Origin: Myxococcota bacterium
GTDB lineage: Bacteria > Myxococcota_A > UBA9160 > SZUA-336
Assembly (NCBI GenBank): GCA_965247115.1
Contig: CBDFGR010000002.1
Span: 1,536,001-1,600,000, forward strand
Length of the DNA stretch: 64,000 nt
Direction: 5' to 3'
In this document: positions 49,502-58,096 of the stretch, one piece after another
Numbering within the stretch: the first letter of the stretch is position 1
Layout of the letters: every line of letters begins with the position of its first letter
The notes under the pieces: generated by a model
Told to the model about the DNA's origin: nothing
The model's database searches: none
What the model saw: only the letters and a program-made list of their open reading frames with translations
Made by a program: the position numbers and the translations under genes

Positions 49502-52000
49502 GTGCGCGACGCCGTGTTGTGTCCCGGTTCCAAGTTGCCCCCCCTCGCGGGACCCGGTACCTGTCTTGCGGGACTGGGCCCGCGGGCGGCCGGGGGCTAC
49601 CCGCCTCCCCGGAGACCTAGGGCCTTCGCTCTTCGCGCTGCCATCGGGGCGTTTGCGGGGGGTCTGCGCAGGCTCGGCCCGGTACTGTCACTCGCACTCG
49701 CGCTGTCCGGAGCTGACCACGCGCTTGCGCAGGAAGCGCCGACGCTGATCGATTCGAAGGTCTGGCAGGAGCGCTTCCGGGAGTGGGTCGAGCAGCAACT
49801 CGTGCGCGATCAGATCGACGCCGCCGCGGAGAACCTGCCGACCCTGGATCGGCGGCTGGTCCTGCGCGTGCTCGACCGGCTCGAAGACGACTTGCTCATC
49901 TCGCTGCGCGAGGTGCCCTCGCTGCCAGAGGACGCGCTGGTGAAGATGCTCGCGCGAGGGCTCGACGGCCCCGCGTTGGTCTCGGCGCGACTCTTCGCCG
50001 ACGGCCAGACGGCGCAGGCTCTCGAGATCCTCGGGACGCCCGAGCTCGCCGAAGACGCGCCGACCCAGCACCTGCGGGCCCAGCTCCTTGACAACCTGAG
50101 CGCGGACCTGCCGCCGCTCTATCGGCTCCAGGTGATCGAGCTCTACCGCGAGGCGCTGCGTCTCGACGGGGAGCTGCCCCAGGCGAATCGCGCCCGCCTG
50201 CGCATCGGTCAGATCTATCTCGAGCTCCGTTTCGCGAGAGAGGCACGTGCGGCACTGCGCACGCTCCTGGAGAGAGACCTCCCTGAGTCCTACCGAAGGG
50301 CGGCCCAGCTCTCGCTGGCGGAGGCTGCCTACGTGGACCGCGCTCCGGTTCGCGCGATCGAGCACCTCGCGATGATCGACCTGGAGGCGGTCAGCCCCGC
50401 GACTCGCGACTGGGTCTCCCGGCGGCACGCGGACAGTCTCGTCAAGCTGGAGCGCTACGGAGAAGCGATTGCGCTCTACCGGCGCGTCCTCCGCGCCGAC
50501 GTACCCCTCGAGCCGCTGGTCGCGGTGAACCTCGCGTTCGCCCTGTTACACACGCGCGAGTGGCGCGCCGCTCCCGAGCTCCTCGATCCGATCGTCGCGG
50601 GAACCGCCTCGCGTCCCACCCGCGCGATCGCCGCCATGCTGCTAGCCCGCGCGCAGCGCCGCCTCGTGTCATTCAAGGAGGCCTCTCAGTCCGCCACTCG
50701 CGCGACGGAGCTCGCTCCCGGTACCGAGGTCGCTGCGCTCGCGGCCGTCGAGACGCTCGAGGCGGAGCGTGCTCTCCACAACGACTCGGTCCCGCTTCCC
50801 CCCGGGACAGCTCCTCTCGTGCAGAGCACGACCTTCATTCCAGCGGTCGGACTGCTGACCTATCTCGTACAGGCTGCTCCCAGTCCCGGAGATACCCCAC
50901 AGGAGCAGAGACGCCGTCTGGGCTCACTCGCGGTCACGCTTCCGCCCGGCATCGTTCAGCACCTGGCCTACACGGATCTGGTTACCTGGCTCGCCAGCGA
51001 CCTTGCAAGAATCGCAACCCGGCAGATCGAGCCAGACCCCTCGGTTCTCGCGGACACGGGTCGCTACCTGCGACCCCAAACGATGGACGAAGACGTCCTT
51101 CTGCTCGCGATCGAGTCCCAGATGCTGGCGGGAGATCACAATCGCTGTGCCCGCTGGGCACGCACGCTGCAGCGCCGTGAGCCGCGGCCGCTGCGCCGCG
51201 GCATCGGAACGTGGCGCGAGGTCACGTGTCGTCTGCCTGGCGCAGAAGACGTCAATGCGGCGCGGCGCATGATGGTGCTCGCCGACAGTGGCGCCGCGGG
51301 GCCATTCGCGCTGGCCGTCGCCGCGGTCGCGGCCGAAACGTACGTGCAACGGGGAGACCTCGAGCGCGCGGCTCTCACCTTCGCGCGAGCGGTCGAATCG
51401 TTCTCGGAGCCGACCTTCGTGGGACCTGTGCTGCTCCGCCTCGGGGAGATCGAGGTCGCCCTGGGCCAGGATGCGCTGGCTCTTAACCGGCTGTCACGAG
51501 GACTCACGCTCTCGGACGCCCCGGACGCCGCCTCCGAACCCTTTCGCAAAGCGGGGATCGTCGCACTGGCCCGGGTCGCCGCCCGCAGCGAGAAGCCCGA
51601 GCGCGCGCTGCGTCTCCTCCAGGCCGAGCACGACCGCGCGGAAGACTGGTGGGCAGAGGCGTACGCCTACCTACTCCTCCACACCGGTGCCACGGATCCG
51701 CCAAAAGGCGACAGCCTCTTCGCCCGTGGCGCTCGCGCCCAAGACGAGATCAAGACCATGCGCGCGAGGCTACAACGCGTACAACGAAGACGAGCCCGCA
51801 ACCGCCGCCCCCCACACAGCGGCCCCCCCCCTCGCAACCTAGCCCCACCTCCGCCAGCAAACGCGTCCACCGCACGACACGGCAACCCGCAAGCGCCGCA
51901 AAGCGGCGCGCGCAGCGAAGGCCGCAGGCCTGAGCGAAGGTGGGTGGCCCGCGGCCGCCCGCGGGCCGGGTCCCACAAGACGCGGTCCCACAAGACATGA
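49502..52000 (+). CDS. Large TPR-like helical-repeat protein, probably exported; start uncertain; both ends include repeat-derived sequence
   Basis: Ala/Leu-rich helical pairs (ARLRIGQIYLEL, LLRLGEIEVALG); signal-like RRLGPVLSLALALSGADHALA; lies before the flagellar activator. Confidence 0.7.
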   Translation: MRDAVLCPGSKLPPLAGPGTCLAGLGPRAAGGYPPPRRPRAFALRAAIGAFAGGLRRLGPVLSLALALSGADHALAQEAPTLIDSKVWQERFREWVEQQLVRDQIDAAAENLPTLDRRLVLRVLDRLEDDLLISLREVPSLPEDALVKMLARGLDGPALVSARLFADGQTAQALEILGTPELAEDAPTQHLRAQLLDNLSADLPPLYRLQVIELYREALRLDGELPQANRARLRIGQIYLELRFAREARAALRTLLERDLPESYRRAAQLSLAEAAYVDRAPVRAIEHLAMIDLEAVSPATRDWVSRRHADSLVKLERYGEAIALYRRVLRADVPLEPLVAVNLAFALLHTREWRAAPELLDPIVAGTASRPTRAIAAMLLARAQRRLVSFKEASQSATRATELAPGTEVAALAAVETLEAERALHNDSVPLPPGTAPLVQSTTFIPAVGLLTYLVQAAPSPGDTPQEQRRRLGSLAVTLPPGIVQHLAYTDLVTWLASDLARIATRQIEPDPSVLADTGRYLRPQTMDEDVLLLAIESQMLAGDHNRCARWARTLQRREPRPLRRGIGTWREVTCRLPGAEDVNAARRMMVLADSGAAGPFALAVAAVAAETYVQRGDLERAALTFARAVESFSEPTFVGPVLLRLGEIEVALGQDALALNRLSRGLTLSDAPDAASEPFRKAGIVALARVAARSEKPERALRLLQAEHDRAEDWWAEAYAYLLLHTGATDPPKGDSLFARGARAQDEIKTMRARLQRVQRRRARNRRPPHSGPPPRNLAPPPPANASTARHGNPQAPQSGARSEGRRPERRWVARGRPRAGSHKTRSHKT
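49563..49656 (+). repeat. Degenerate REP-like family 1 copy
   Basis: gtcttgcgggactgggcccgcgggcggccgggggctacccgcc...ggccttcgct...gcgtttgc. Confidence 0.75.
51889..51996 (-). repeat. REP-like family 1 copy with duplicated head, inside the 3' end of the upstream ORF
   Basis: Full unit plus a repeated ggtcccacaagac, directly followed by ATGA. Confidence 0.9.
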
Positions 52001-53367
52001 TCGGGTACCTGGATCTCGGCGAGCAGGGCCTCGTGCGGGCTGCACTGGAACGCAGCGGGCACCCCGTGCGCGAGCTCGGCAACCGCGACGCCGCAAGTGG
52101 CGCGCTCGTCTCTGGTCGCCTCGACGCGCTCGTGATCGAGGCCGCAGCCATCACGGAGCCCGAAGAGACTCTGCTCGAGCAGGCACGGGCGCACTCGGTC
52201 CCGACACTGGCCATAGGCCGTGATCGCAGCGTGGGCGCGGCGGTAGCAGTGTTGCGTGCGGGCGCTACGGACTACTTGGCGTCTCCCTTCGAGTACGAGA
52301 GCCTGCTCCGCTCCATCGACAGGCTGGTCGACGAGTCCAGCACAACGGCCATCCTGAGTCCGCCCACGCCTCTAGTGAGCGGCGATCCCGCCGTGCACGC
52401 AACGCTCGAGCTGCTGCGGTCCGTCGCGGCCAGCGAAGCGACGATCCTGATCGAGGGCGAGAGCGGCACGGGAAAAGAGCTCCTCGCCGCGCTCGTTCAC
52501 GCGTCATCTCCGAGGCGCGAGCGGGAGATGGTCTGCGTCAACTGCGCCGCCCTGCCCAGCGGTCTCGTCGAGAGCGAGCTGTTCGGGCACGAGCGGGGCG
52601 CGTTCACCGGCGCCATCGGCCGCTCCATCGGCAAGTTCGAGCTGGCGCACGGAACCACGCTCCTGCTCGACGAGATCGGTGAGCTGGAGCTACAACCACA
52701 GGCGAAGCTCCTCCGCGTGATCCAGGAACGGCAAGTACAGAGGGTCGGAGCCAGGAGACCCCTCCAGGTCGACTTCCGGATCGTGGCGACCACGAACCGC
52801 AATCTGGAAAAGGACGTGGCGGCTGGACGCTTTCGCGAGGATCTGTTCTACCGGCTGAACGTCGTCCCGGTGCGCCTCGCACCACTGCGCGATCGTCCCG
52901 GTGACGTGGCACTGCTTGTCGAGCACTTCTTGAGGCGGCACGCGGAGGGGGGCCGCCCGGTTCCGTCGCTCCCAGCCGAGACCCTTCGACTGCTCGAGGA
53001 ACACAGCTGGCCGGGTAACGTACGCGAGCTCGAGAACGTCATCGAACGACTCGTGCTGACGCGAGGCGACCGCGCGGTGCGTCCAGAGGATCTCGCCTTC
53101 GTCGTACCGCCGGACCGGCCTCGAAACGAGACTTCTGAACGACCCGCCTTCCGAACCATCCGCGCAATGGAGCGCTGGCTCATCGTCGACACCCTGACCC
53201 GTCTACAGGGAAACCGGACGCAAGCAGCGCGCGAGCTCGGCATCAGCCTGCGCACGCTGCGCAACAAGATCAGAGAGTACGAGATCACCGAACCGTCCAC
53301 CCTCCCCCGAACCGGCACAGCCCGCCCCCCCACCACCCAGGAGCGCACTGCAAAGGCAGAAGCCTGA
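51997..53367 (+). CDS. Sigma-54-dependent activator with pseudo-receiver domain (FleQ/FlrA/FlrC-like flagellar regulator)
   Basis: GESGTGKE, GAFTGA, WPGNVREL, HTH; directly upstream of the flgB sigma-54 promoter. Confidence 0.88.
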   Translation: MIGYLDLGEQGLVRAALERSGHPVRELGNRDAASGALVSGRLDALVIEAAAITEPEETLLEQARAHSVPTLAIGRDRSVGAAVAVLRAGATDYLASPFEYESLLRSIDRLVDESSTTAILSPPTPLVSGDPAVHATLELLRSVAASEATILIEGESGTGKELLAALVHASSPRREREMVCVNCAALPSGLVESELFGHERGAFTGAIGRSIGKFELAHGTTLLLDEIGELELQPQAKLLRVIQERQVQRVGARRPLQVDFRIVATTNRNLEKDVAAGRFREDLFYRLNVVPVRLAPLRDRPGDVALLVEHFLRRHAEGGRPVPSLPAETLRLLEEHSWPGNVRELENVIERLVLTRGDRAVRPEDLAFVVPPDRPRNETSERPAFRTIRAMERWLIVDTLTRLQGNRTQAARELGISLRTLRNKIREYEITEPSTLPRTGTARPPTTQERTAKAEA

Positions 53368-53402
53368 ATGAAAGGTGGTGCGGCCCGTTCGCGACTCGCC
53401 CC

Positions 53403-53513
53403 GTCGGAGGTCGGGATCATCCCCCGCAGGACCTCGCTACTCAGCTGGACCCGCGTCGAGCACGCCTCGGACACCGCTACACGGTCCTGCGGGGGATGAT
53501 CCCGACCTCCGAC
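53403..53513. repeat. Perfect 31-bp inverted repeat with 49-nt spacer (palindrome family 2)
   Basis: 53403-53433 is the exact reverse complement of 53483-53513. Confidence 0.95.
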
Positions 53514-53535
53514 TCCCAGCCACCACCAGCAACCC

Positions 53536-53628
53536 TGCAAGCGCCGCGCGAGCGGCGCGCGCAGCGAAGGGCATAGCCCTGAGCGGAGGTGGGTGGCCGC
53601 GGCCGCCCGCGGCCGGGTCCCACAGGAC
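53536..53628 (-). repeat. REP-like family 1 copy
   Basis: Shortened stem 1; stem 2 variant AGGGC-TAT-GCCCT. Confidence 0.9.
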
Positions 53629-53717
53629 CCAGGCAAGAACTGCCCCGTGGCCTGTCGCGTATGGACTCGCTCAGCACGCCTGAGCCCGCATGTCTGCGAC
53701 CGCGCCGGCGAAGCTCC

Positions 53718-53733
53718 TGGCACGGCGATTGCT
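53718..53733 (+). promoter_or_regulatory. Sigma-54 (-24/-12) promoter of the flagellar operon
   Basis: TGGCAC-GGCGA-TTGCT, full consensus, 40 nt before the flgB ATG. Confidence 0.9.
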
Positions 53734-53772
53734 CAAGTGCAGCGCGGATATGCACGGGGAAGGTTTCTGCCC

Positions 53773-54159
53773 ATGGGCCTGATCGACAACCCGCTCTCTT
53801 CGGTCCTCGAGAAGGTTCTGGCGCACCACAGCCTGCGCCACGACGTGATCGCGTCCAACATCGCCAATGCAAACACGCCAGGGTACACCGCGTTCGATCT
53901 GGCACTGCGGTCGCGTCTCGACGAGGCGGCACCTCTCCTGGTCAGAACCAGCGACTCCCGACACATGAGCTCGGAGCGCCTCGACGAGAGCGGCTCTCTG
54001 CTCCAGAAATCCAGGGCTCCCGCAGGGCTCGATGGCAACAACGTCTCCCTCGAGCAGGAGTTCCTCAAGCTCTCCGAGAACGGAATGCTCTACCAGGTCA
54101 CCTTCGAGCTGATGGACAAGTGGGGCGGTCTCAACCCGATCGCGAGGGAGACGCGATGA
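53773..54159 (+). CDS. flgB: Flagellar basal-body rod protein FlgB
   Basis: IASNIANANTPGY, DGNNVSLEQE. Confidence 0.93.
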   Translation: MGLIDNPLSSVLEKVLAHHSLRHDVIASNIANANTPGYTAFDLALRSRLDEAAPLLVRTSDSRHMSSERLDESGSLLQKSRAPAGLDGNNVSLEQEFLKLSENGMLYQVTFELMDKWGGLNPIARETR

Positions 54160-54587
54160 GCTTCTTCACGTCGTTGAAACTCTCGGCGTCCGGCCTCCAG
54201 GCCGAGCGACTCCGGGTCGACCTGGCGACCTCGAACCTCGCGAACGCGAACTCGACCCGTACTCCAGAGGGCGGACCGTATCGTCGGATGGACGCGGTGT
54301 TGCGGGCTCGACCGCTGGAAGGGGCCTTCGGTGAGCGGCTGCGGCGCAGCTTTCGCACCGCCTCCGTCGAGCAGATTGTGAGCGACTCGCGTCCGCCGCG
54401 AGAGGTGTTCAGCCCGGGTCATCCGGACGCAGACGAGAACGGCATCCTGCGGCTCCCGAACGTACAGATCGTGGAGGAGATGGTGAACCTCATGAACGCG
54501 AGGCGCTCCTTCGAGGCAAACCTCGCGGCGCTGCGAATGAGTCGCGAGATGGCGCAGCGCGCGCTCCGCATCGGAAGGACCAGCTGA
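54156..54587 (+). CDS. flgC: Flagellar basal-body rod protein FlgC
   Basis: SASGLQAERLR, NLANA, GGPYRR, PGHPDAD, PNV..VEEM...RSFEAN. Confidence 0.96.
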   Translation: MSFFTSLKLSASGLQAERLRVDLATSNLANANSTRTPEGGPYRRMDAVLRARPLEGAFGERLRRSFRTASVEQIVSDSRPPREVFSPGHPDADENGILRLPNVQIVEEMVNLMNARRSFEANLAALRMSREMAQRALRIGRTS

Positions 54588-54874
54588 TGGCGGTAGATCC
54601 GATCGGTGGTGGCGTCTTTGCGGATCCGAAGCGCTTCACGCAGAAAACGGGGGGCGAAGACTTCGCGGAGACCGTCACGCGCGTCCTCAAGCAGGCAAAC
54701 AGTGATCAGGTGAACGCGGCTGGAAAGATCAAGGAGCTCAGCGTCGACGGTGAGGGCTCCATTCACGAGACCATGGTCGCAGTATCGAACGCTGAAGGCT
54801 CGTTCCGGCTGATGATGGAGATACGCAACCGGATGATCGAAGCGGTCAACCGGCTGCTTCAGACACAGGTGTAG
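54587..54874 (+). CDS. fliE: Flagellar hook-basal body protein FliE
   Basis: IHETMVA..AE.SFRLMMEIRNR; position in operon. Confidence 0.92.
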   Translation: MAVDPIGGGVFADPKRFTQKTGGEDFAETVTRVLKQANSDQVNAAGKIKELSVDGEGSIHETMVAVSNAEGSFRLMMEIRNRMIEAVNRLLQTQV

Positions 54875-54883
54875 AGGAAAAGC

Positions 54884-56467
54884 GTGGACCGACTGGCAAA
54901 GCTGTTCGCTGATCTGGGCAAGTTCTGGCAGGGCCTGAACTCCGCCCAGCGCATCGCGGCGCTGTCCATCGCCCTGATCACCGGTGGCACCCTGGCGCTT
55001 CTCGTGAACCTGGCCAGCAGGCCCCAGTACACCACGCTCTATTCCGAGCTCAGTCCGAGCGACGCCCAGACAATCGTGGAGCAACTCCGGAGCCGTCAGG
55101 TCCCGTTCAAGCTCACTCACGCCGGCACCACCATTCAGGTACCGCTCCCGCGTGTGTACGACATGCGCCTGGAGCTCGCTGCCCAGGGCCTGCCTAGCGC
55201 CGGACCCGTGGGCTTCGAGGTCTTCAATGATTCCGGACTCGGACTGACGCCCTTTCAGGAGAAGGTGCGTTTCCGCAGGGCGCTCGAAGGAGAGCTCTCG
55301 CGCACGATCAGCCAGATCGACTCGATCGAGTTCGCGCGCGTTCACATCAACATCCCCGAGCGCGCCGTGTTCCGCCGCGAGCAGAAGAAGGCGAGCGCGG
55401 CCGTGGTCGTGAAGCTTCGTGGCGGCCGTGCGCTCGGCGTGGGCGAGACGGCCGGGATTGGACACCTCGTCTCCGCGGCGGTCGACGGACTCGTAGCGGA
55501 TCAGGTCACACTACTCGACACCAAGGGTCGCCTGCTGGCACGTGCGGGATCCAGCGATGGAGAGGGCCTCGCGACGGCAGCCTTCGACGCGCAGCGCGTG
55601 ATCGAGAAGAACCTCTCCGAGCGCGCGCAGACGCTGCTCGACGCGGCCCTCGGCGAGGGCCGCTCGGTGGTCACGGTCTCAGCGCTGATCGACCGTCGCC
55701 GGATCGAGGAGAACCAGGATCGCATCAACCCCGACGAGACCGCCGTGCTGAGCGAGCAGGTTACAGAGGAAGAGCGCTCGGAGAGCAGCGCGAGTGCTGG
55801 TGGTGTGCCCGGTACGCCGACGAACGTGCCCGGTGGCGCAGGAGCGACCACTGCGGCCGGGCCGCCTTCGACGGAGACCGTGACCCGCGCGACCACGAAC
55901 TTCGAGGTCAGCCGCACGAAGAGCCACACCGTCATCCCCATGGGCAGCCTGCAGAGCCTGTCGGTGGCCGTGCTCGTCGACGGAAACTACACGACTCCTG
56001 AAGCAGCTCCCGGCGAGGAGGAGGCAGCTCCTCCGAAGCCCGTCTACGAGCCTCGCAGCGCGGAGGAGATCGGCCAAATCACCCAGATCGTGCAGCGCGC
56101 GGTGGGCTTCAACGAGGAGCGCGGCGATCAGATTGCCGTGCAGAACCTGCAGTTCCGGTCCCCGCTCCAGGACGTGGGCTCCGCCGCGAGCCTACCGCTC
56201 TGGCGCAGCCCCGAGCTCTTCCTGCTTCTGCCCTCGGTCGCGCGCACCCTCGCGCTCCTGGGCGGGATCGTGATGCTGATCTTCTTCGTGCTACGGCCCG
56301 CACTCAAGCAGCTGTCTGTGGCGAATGTGATCGCATCGGGTCCGACGCAGCAACAGGGCGAGACCGGAATGCTGGAGCTACCAAAACAGGGTGAGCTCGT
56401 GATTCCCATCTCCAAGGATGACGCCAGGCTGGCAGCCAATACGATGAGACAATGGCTGCGCGAGTAA
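54884..56467 (+). CDS. fliF: Flagellar MS-ring protein FliF
   Basis: GFEVF, RALEGELSRTI, ARVHI, GGVPG, LSVAVLVDG, VGF...RGD. Confidence 0.96.
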   Translation: MDRLAKLFADLGKFWQGLNSAQRIAALSIALITGGTLALLVNLASRPQYTTLYSELSPSDAQTIVEQLRSRQVPFKLTHAGTTIQVPLPRVYDMRLELAAQGLPSAGPVGFEVFNDSGLGLTPFQEKVRFRRALEGELSRTISQIDSIEFARVHINIPERAVFRREQKKASAAVVVKLRGGRALGVGETAGIGHLVSAAVDGLVADQVTLLDTKGRLLARAGSSDGEGLATAAFDAQRVIEKNLSERAQTLLDAALGEGRSVVTVSALIDRRRIEENQDRINPDETAVLSEQVTEEERSESSASAGGVPGTPTNVPGGAGATTAAGPPSTETVTRATTNFEVSRTKSHTVIPMGSLQSLSVAVLVDGNYTTPEAAPGEEEAAPPKPVYEPRSAEEIGQITQIVQRAVGFNEERGDQIAVQNLQFRSPLQDVGSAASLPLWRSPELFLLLPSVARTLALLGGIVMLIFFVLRPALKQLSVANVIASGPTQQQGETGMLELPKQGELVIPISKDDARLAANTMRQWLRE

Positions 56468-57477
56468 GCCGCGGAAAACGGCGCATCACCGGCCCGCACA
56501 GGGTCGCAGTGGTGCTGCGTCTCCTCGACGAGGAGGTCGCGATGGAGGTCCTGCGTCACCTGGGGGACAGGGATCTCGCTCGCATCAATCGGGCCGACAC
56601 CGAACTGGGTCACCCTTCCGAAGAGGTGTTGAGGGGGATCGCCGGCGAATTCAAGGAGCGCCTGTTCGGAGGCGGGCACGAGCTCGCCGGCGTCCAGAGC
56701 AAGCGCGTCGAGTCCCTGATCCGTCAGGTGTTCGACGAGGATCGGCTCGAGGCCATTCTCGGCCGCGAAGACATCGACATCGGCAAGATCTCCGACACTC
56801 TGGTCGAGATCGACCCACGCGTGATCGGGCGCATCCTGACGCGCGAGTACCCGCAGACCTGCGCGCTGATCCTGTCGCAGCTGCCTTCGCTCCAGGCCGC
56901 CCAGGTGCTGCTCTCGCTACCGGAAGAGCTGCGCGTAGACGTGGTAATGCGCCTGGCGCGCATGGAGAAGATCGGCGAGGACATGCTCGAGGAGCTCAAC
57001 CGCGCGCTCGAGCGAGAGATCGCAGGCTTCGAGGGGGCGTCGCAGTCGCAGGAGATGGAAGGCGTCGACCTGGCAGTCCAGCTGTTCATGAACATGGACC
57101 GGACGAACGAGTCGGCGCTGCTCGATGCGATCTCGGAGCAGGACGAGGAGATCGCGGACCTGATTCGCGAGCGCATGTTCACTTTCGAGGACATGCTGGG
57201 AGTCGACGACCGCGGCATCCAGACGGTCCTGCGTAACATCGATAACCAGACGTTGGTGCTCGCGCTGAAGGGCGCCGAGCCCGAGATGCTCGACAAGTTC
57301 CTGTCGAATGTTTCGCAGCGCGTCTCGGCCTCGCTCGTCGAGGACCTGGAGACGATGGGGCCGGTGCGGCTCTCGGAGGTGGAGGGCTCGCAGCAGAAGA
57401 TCGCGAACATCGCGCGCGAGATGGTGGACCGTGGCGAGATCGTGATTCCGGGGAGGGGCGAAGATGAGCTCGTCTGA
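56452..57477 (+). CDS. fliG: Flagellar motor switch protein FliG
   Basis: EYPQTCALILS, MFTFED, LALKGA, MGPVRLSEVE. Confidence 0.95.
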   Translation: MAARVSRGKRRITGPHRVAVVLRLLDEEVAMEVLRHLGDRDLARINRADTELGHPSEEVLRGIAGEFKERLFGGGHELAGVQSKRVESLIRQVFDEDRLEAILGREDIDIGKISDTLVEIDPRVIGRILTREYPQTCALILSQLPSLQAAQVLLSLPEELRVDVVMRLARMEKIGEDMLEELNRALEREIAGFEGASQSQEMEGVDLAVQLFMNMDRTNESALLDAISEQDEEIADLIRERMFTFEDMLGVDDRGIQTVLRNIDNQTLVLALKGAEPEMLDKFLSNVSQRVSASLVEDLETMGPVRLSEVEGSQQKIANIAREMVDRGEIVIPGRGEDELV

Positions 57478-58096
57478 GTTCCTGCGCCGCCCCGAGCTGG
57501 TCGACCTGCACGAGTCTGACGCGGCACCGGCGCCTCAGACCTTCGAGGAGCACACCGAGTTCGAACGGCTCGAACCGGGACCCGCGCGTGAGATCACTCC
57601 AGAGCAGGCGTACAAGAGCGGACTCCACGAGGGCGAGCGGATCGGACGCGAAGCGGCGCACAAGGAGCTCCAGCCTATCCTCGGCGAGCTACAGGCGGTA
57701 ACAGCGTCGATGGCGCGGGTGCGGGAGCAGAGGCTGGATGATCTGGAGGGCGAGCTGCTCGCCATCTCTAGCGAGATAGCGCGCCGCATTCTGCGGGGCG
57801 AGCTGCAGCAGCCAGGCGATACGGTCGTGCGCATGGCACGCACCTGCATCGAGGAAATCCGGGACGAGGGCAGCGCCGTCTTGCGCGTGAACCCGCAGGA
57901 TCTCGAACTGATCCGCATCCACCTGGCCGAGCTCGAGTCGGAGCTCGCGGAGACATCGATCCAGACCCAGGCCGACCCGTCTGTCGCCCGCGGCTGCGTG
58001 CTGCTCGAGACGCCGACGCGCTGCTACGAGGGTCGGCCCGAACGGATTCTCGACGCGGCGTTGCAGAAGCTCCAGACCCTGGACGAGGAAGACTGA
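57464..58096 (+). CDS. fliH: Flagellar assembly protein FliH
   Basis: AYxxGxxEGxxxG repeats, LRVNPQD, D..V.RGCVLLET. Confidence 0.88.
   Translation: MSSSEFLRRPELVDLHESDAAPAPQTFEEHTEFERLEPGPAREITPEQAYKSGLHEGERIGREAAHKELQPILGELQAVTASMARVREQRLDDLEGELLAISSEIARRILRGELQQPGDTVVRMARTCIEEIRDEGSAVLRVNPQDLELIRIHLAELESELAETSIQTQADPSVARGCVLLETPTRCYEGRPERILDAALQKLQTLDEED

Noticed and set aside
53589..53772. Long N-terminal extensions of FlgB and FlgC in the ORF track
   Set aside because: They start inside the repeat, upstream of the sigma-54 promoter; homology begins at ATG 53773 and ATG 54156
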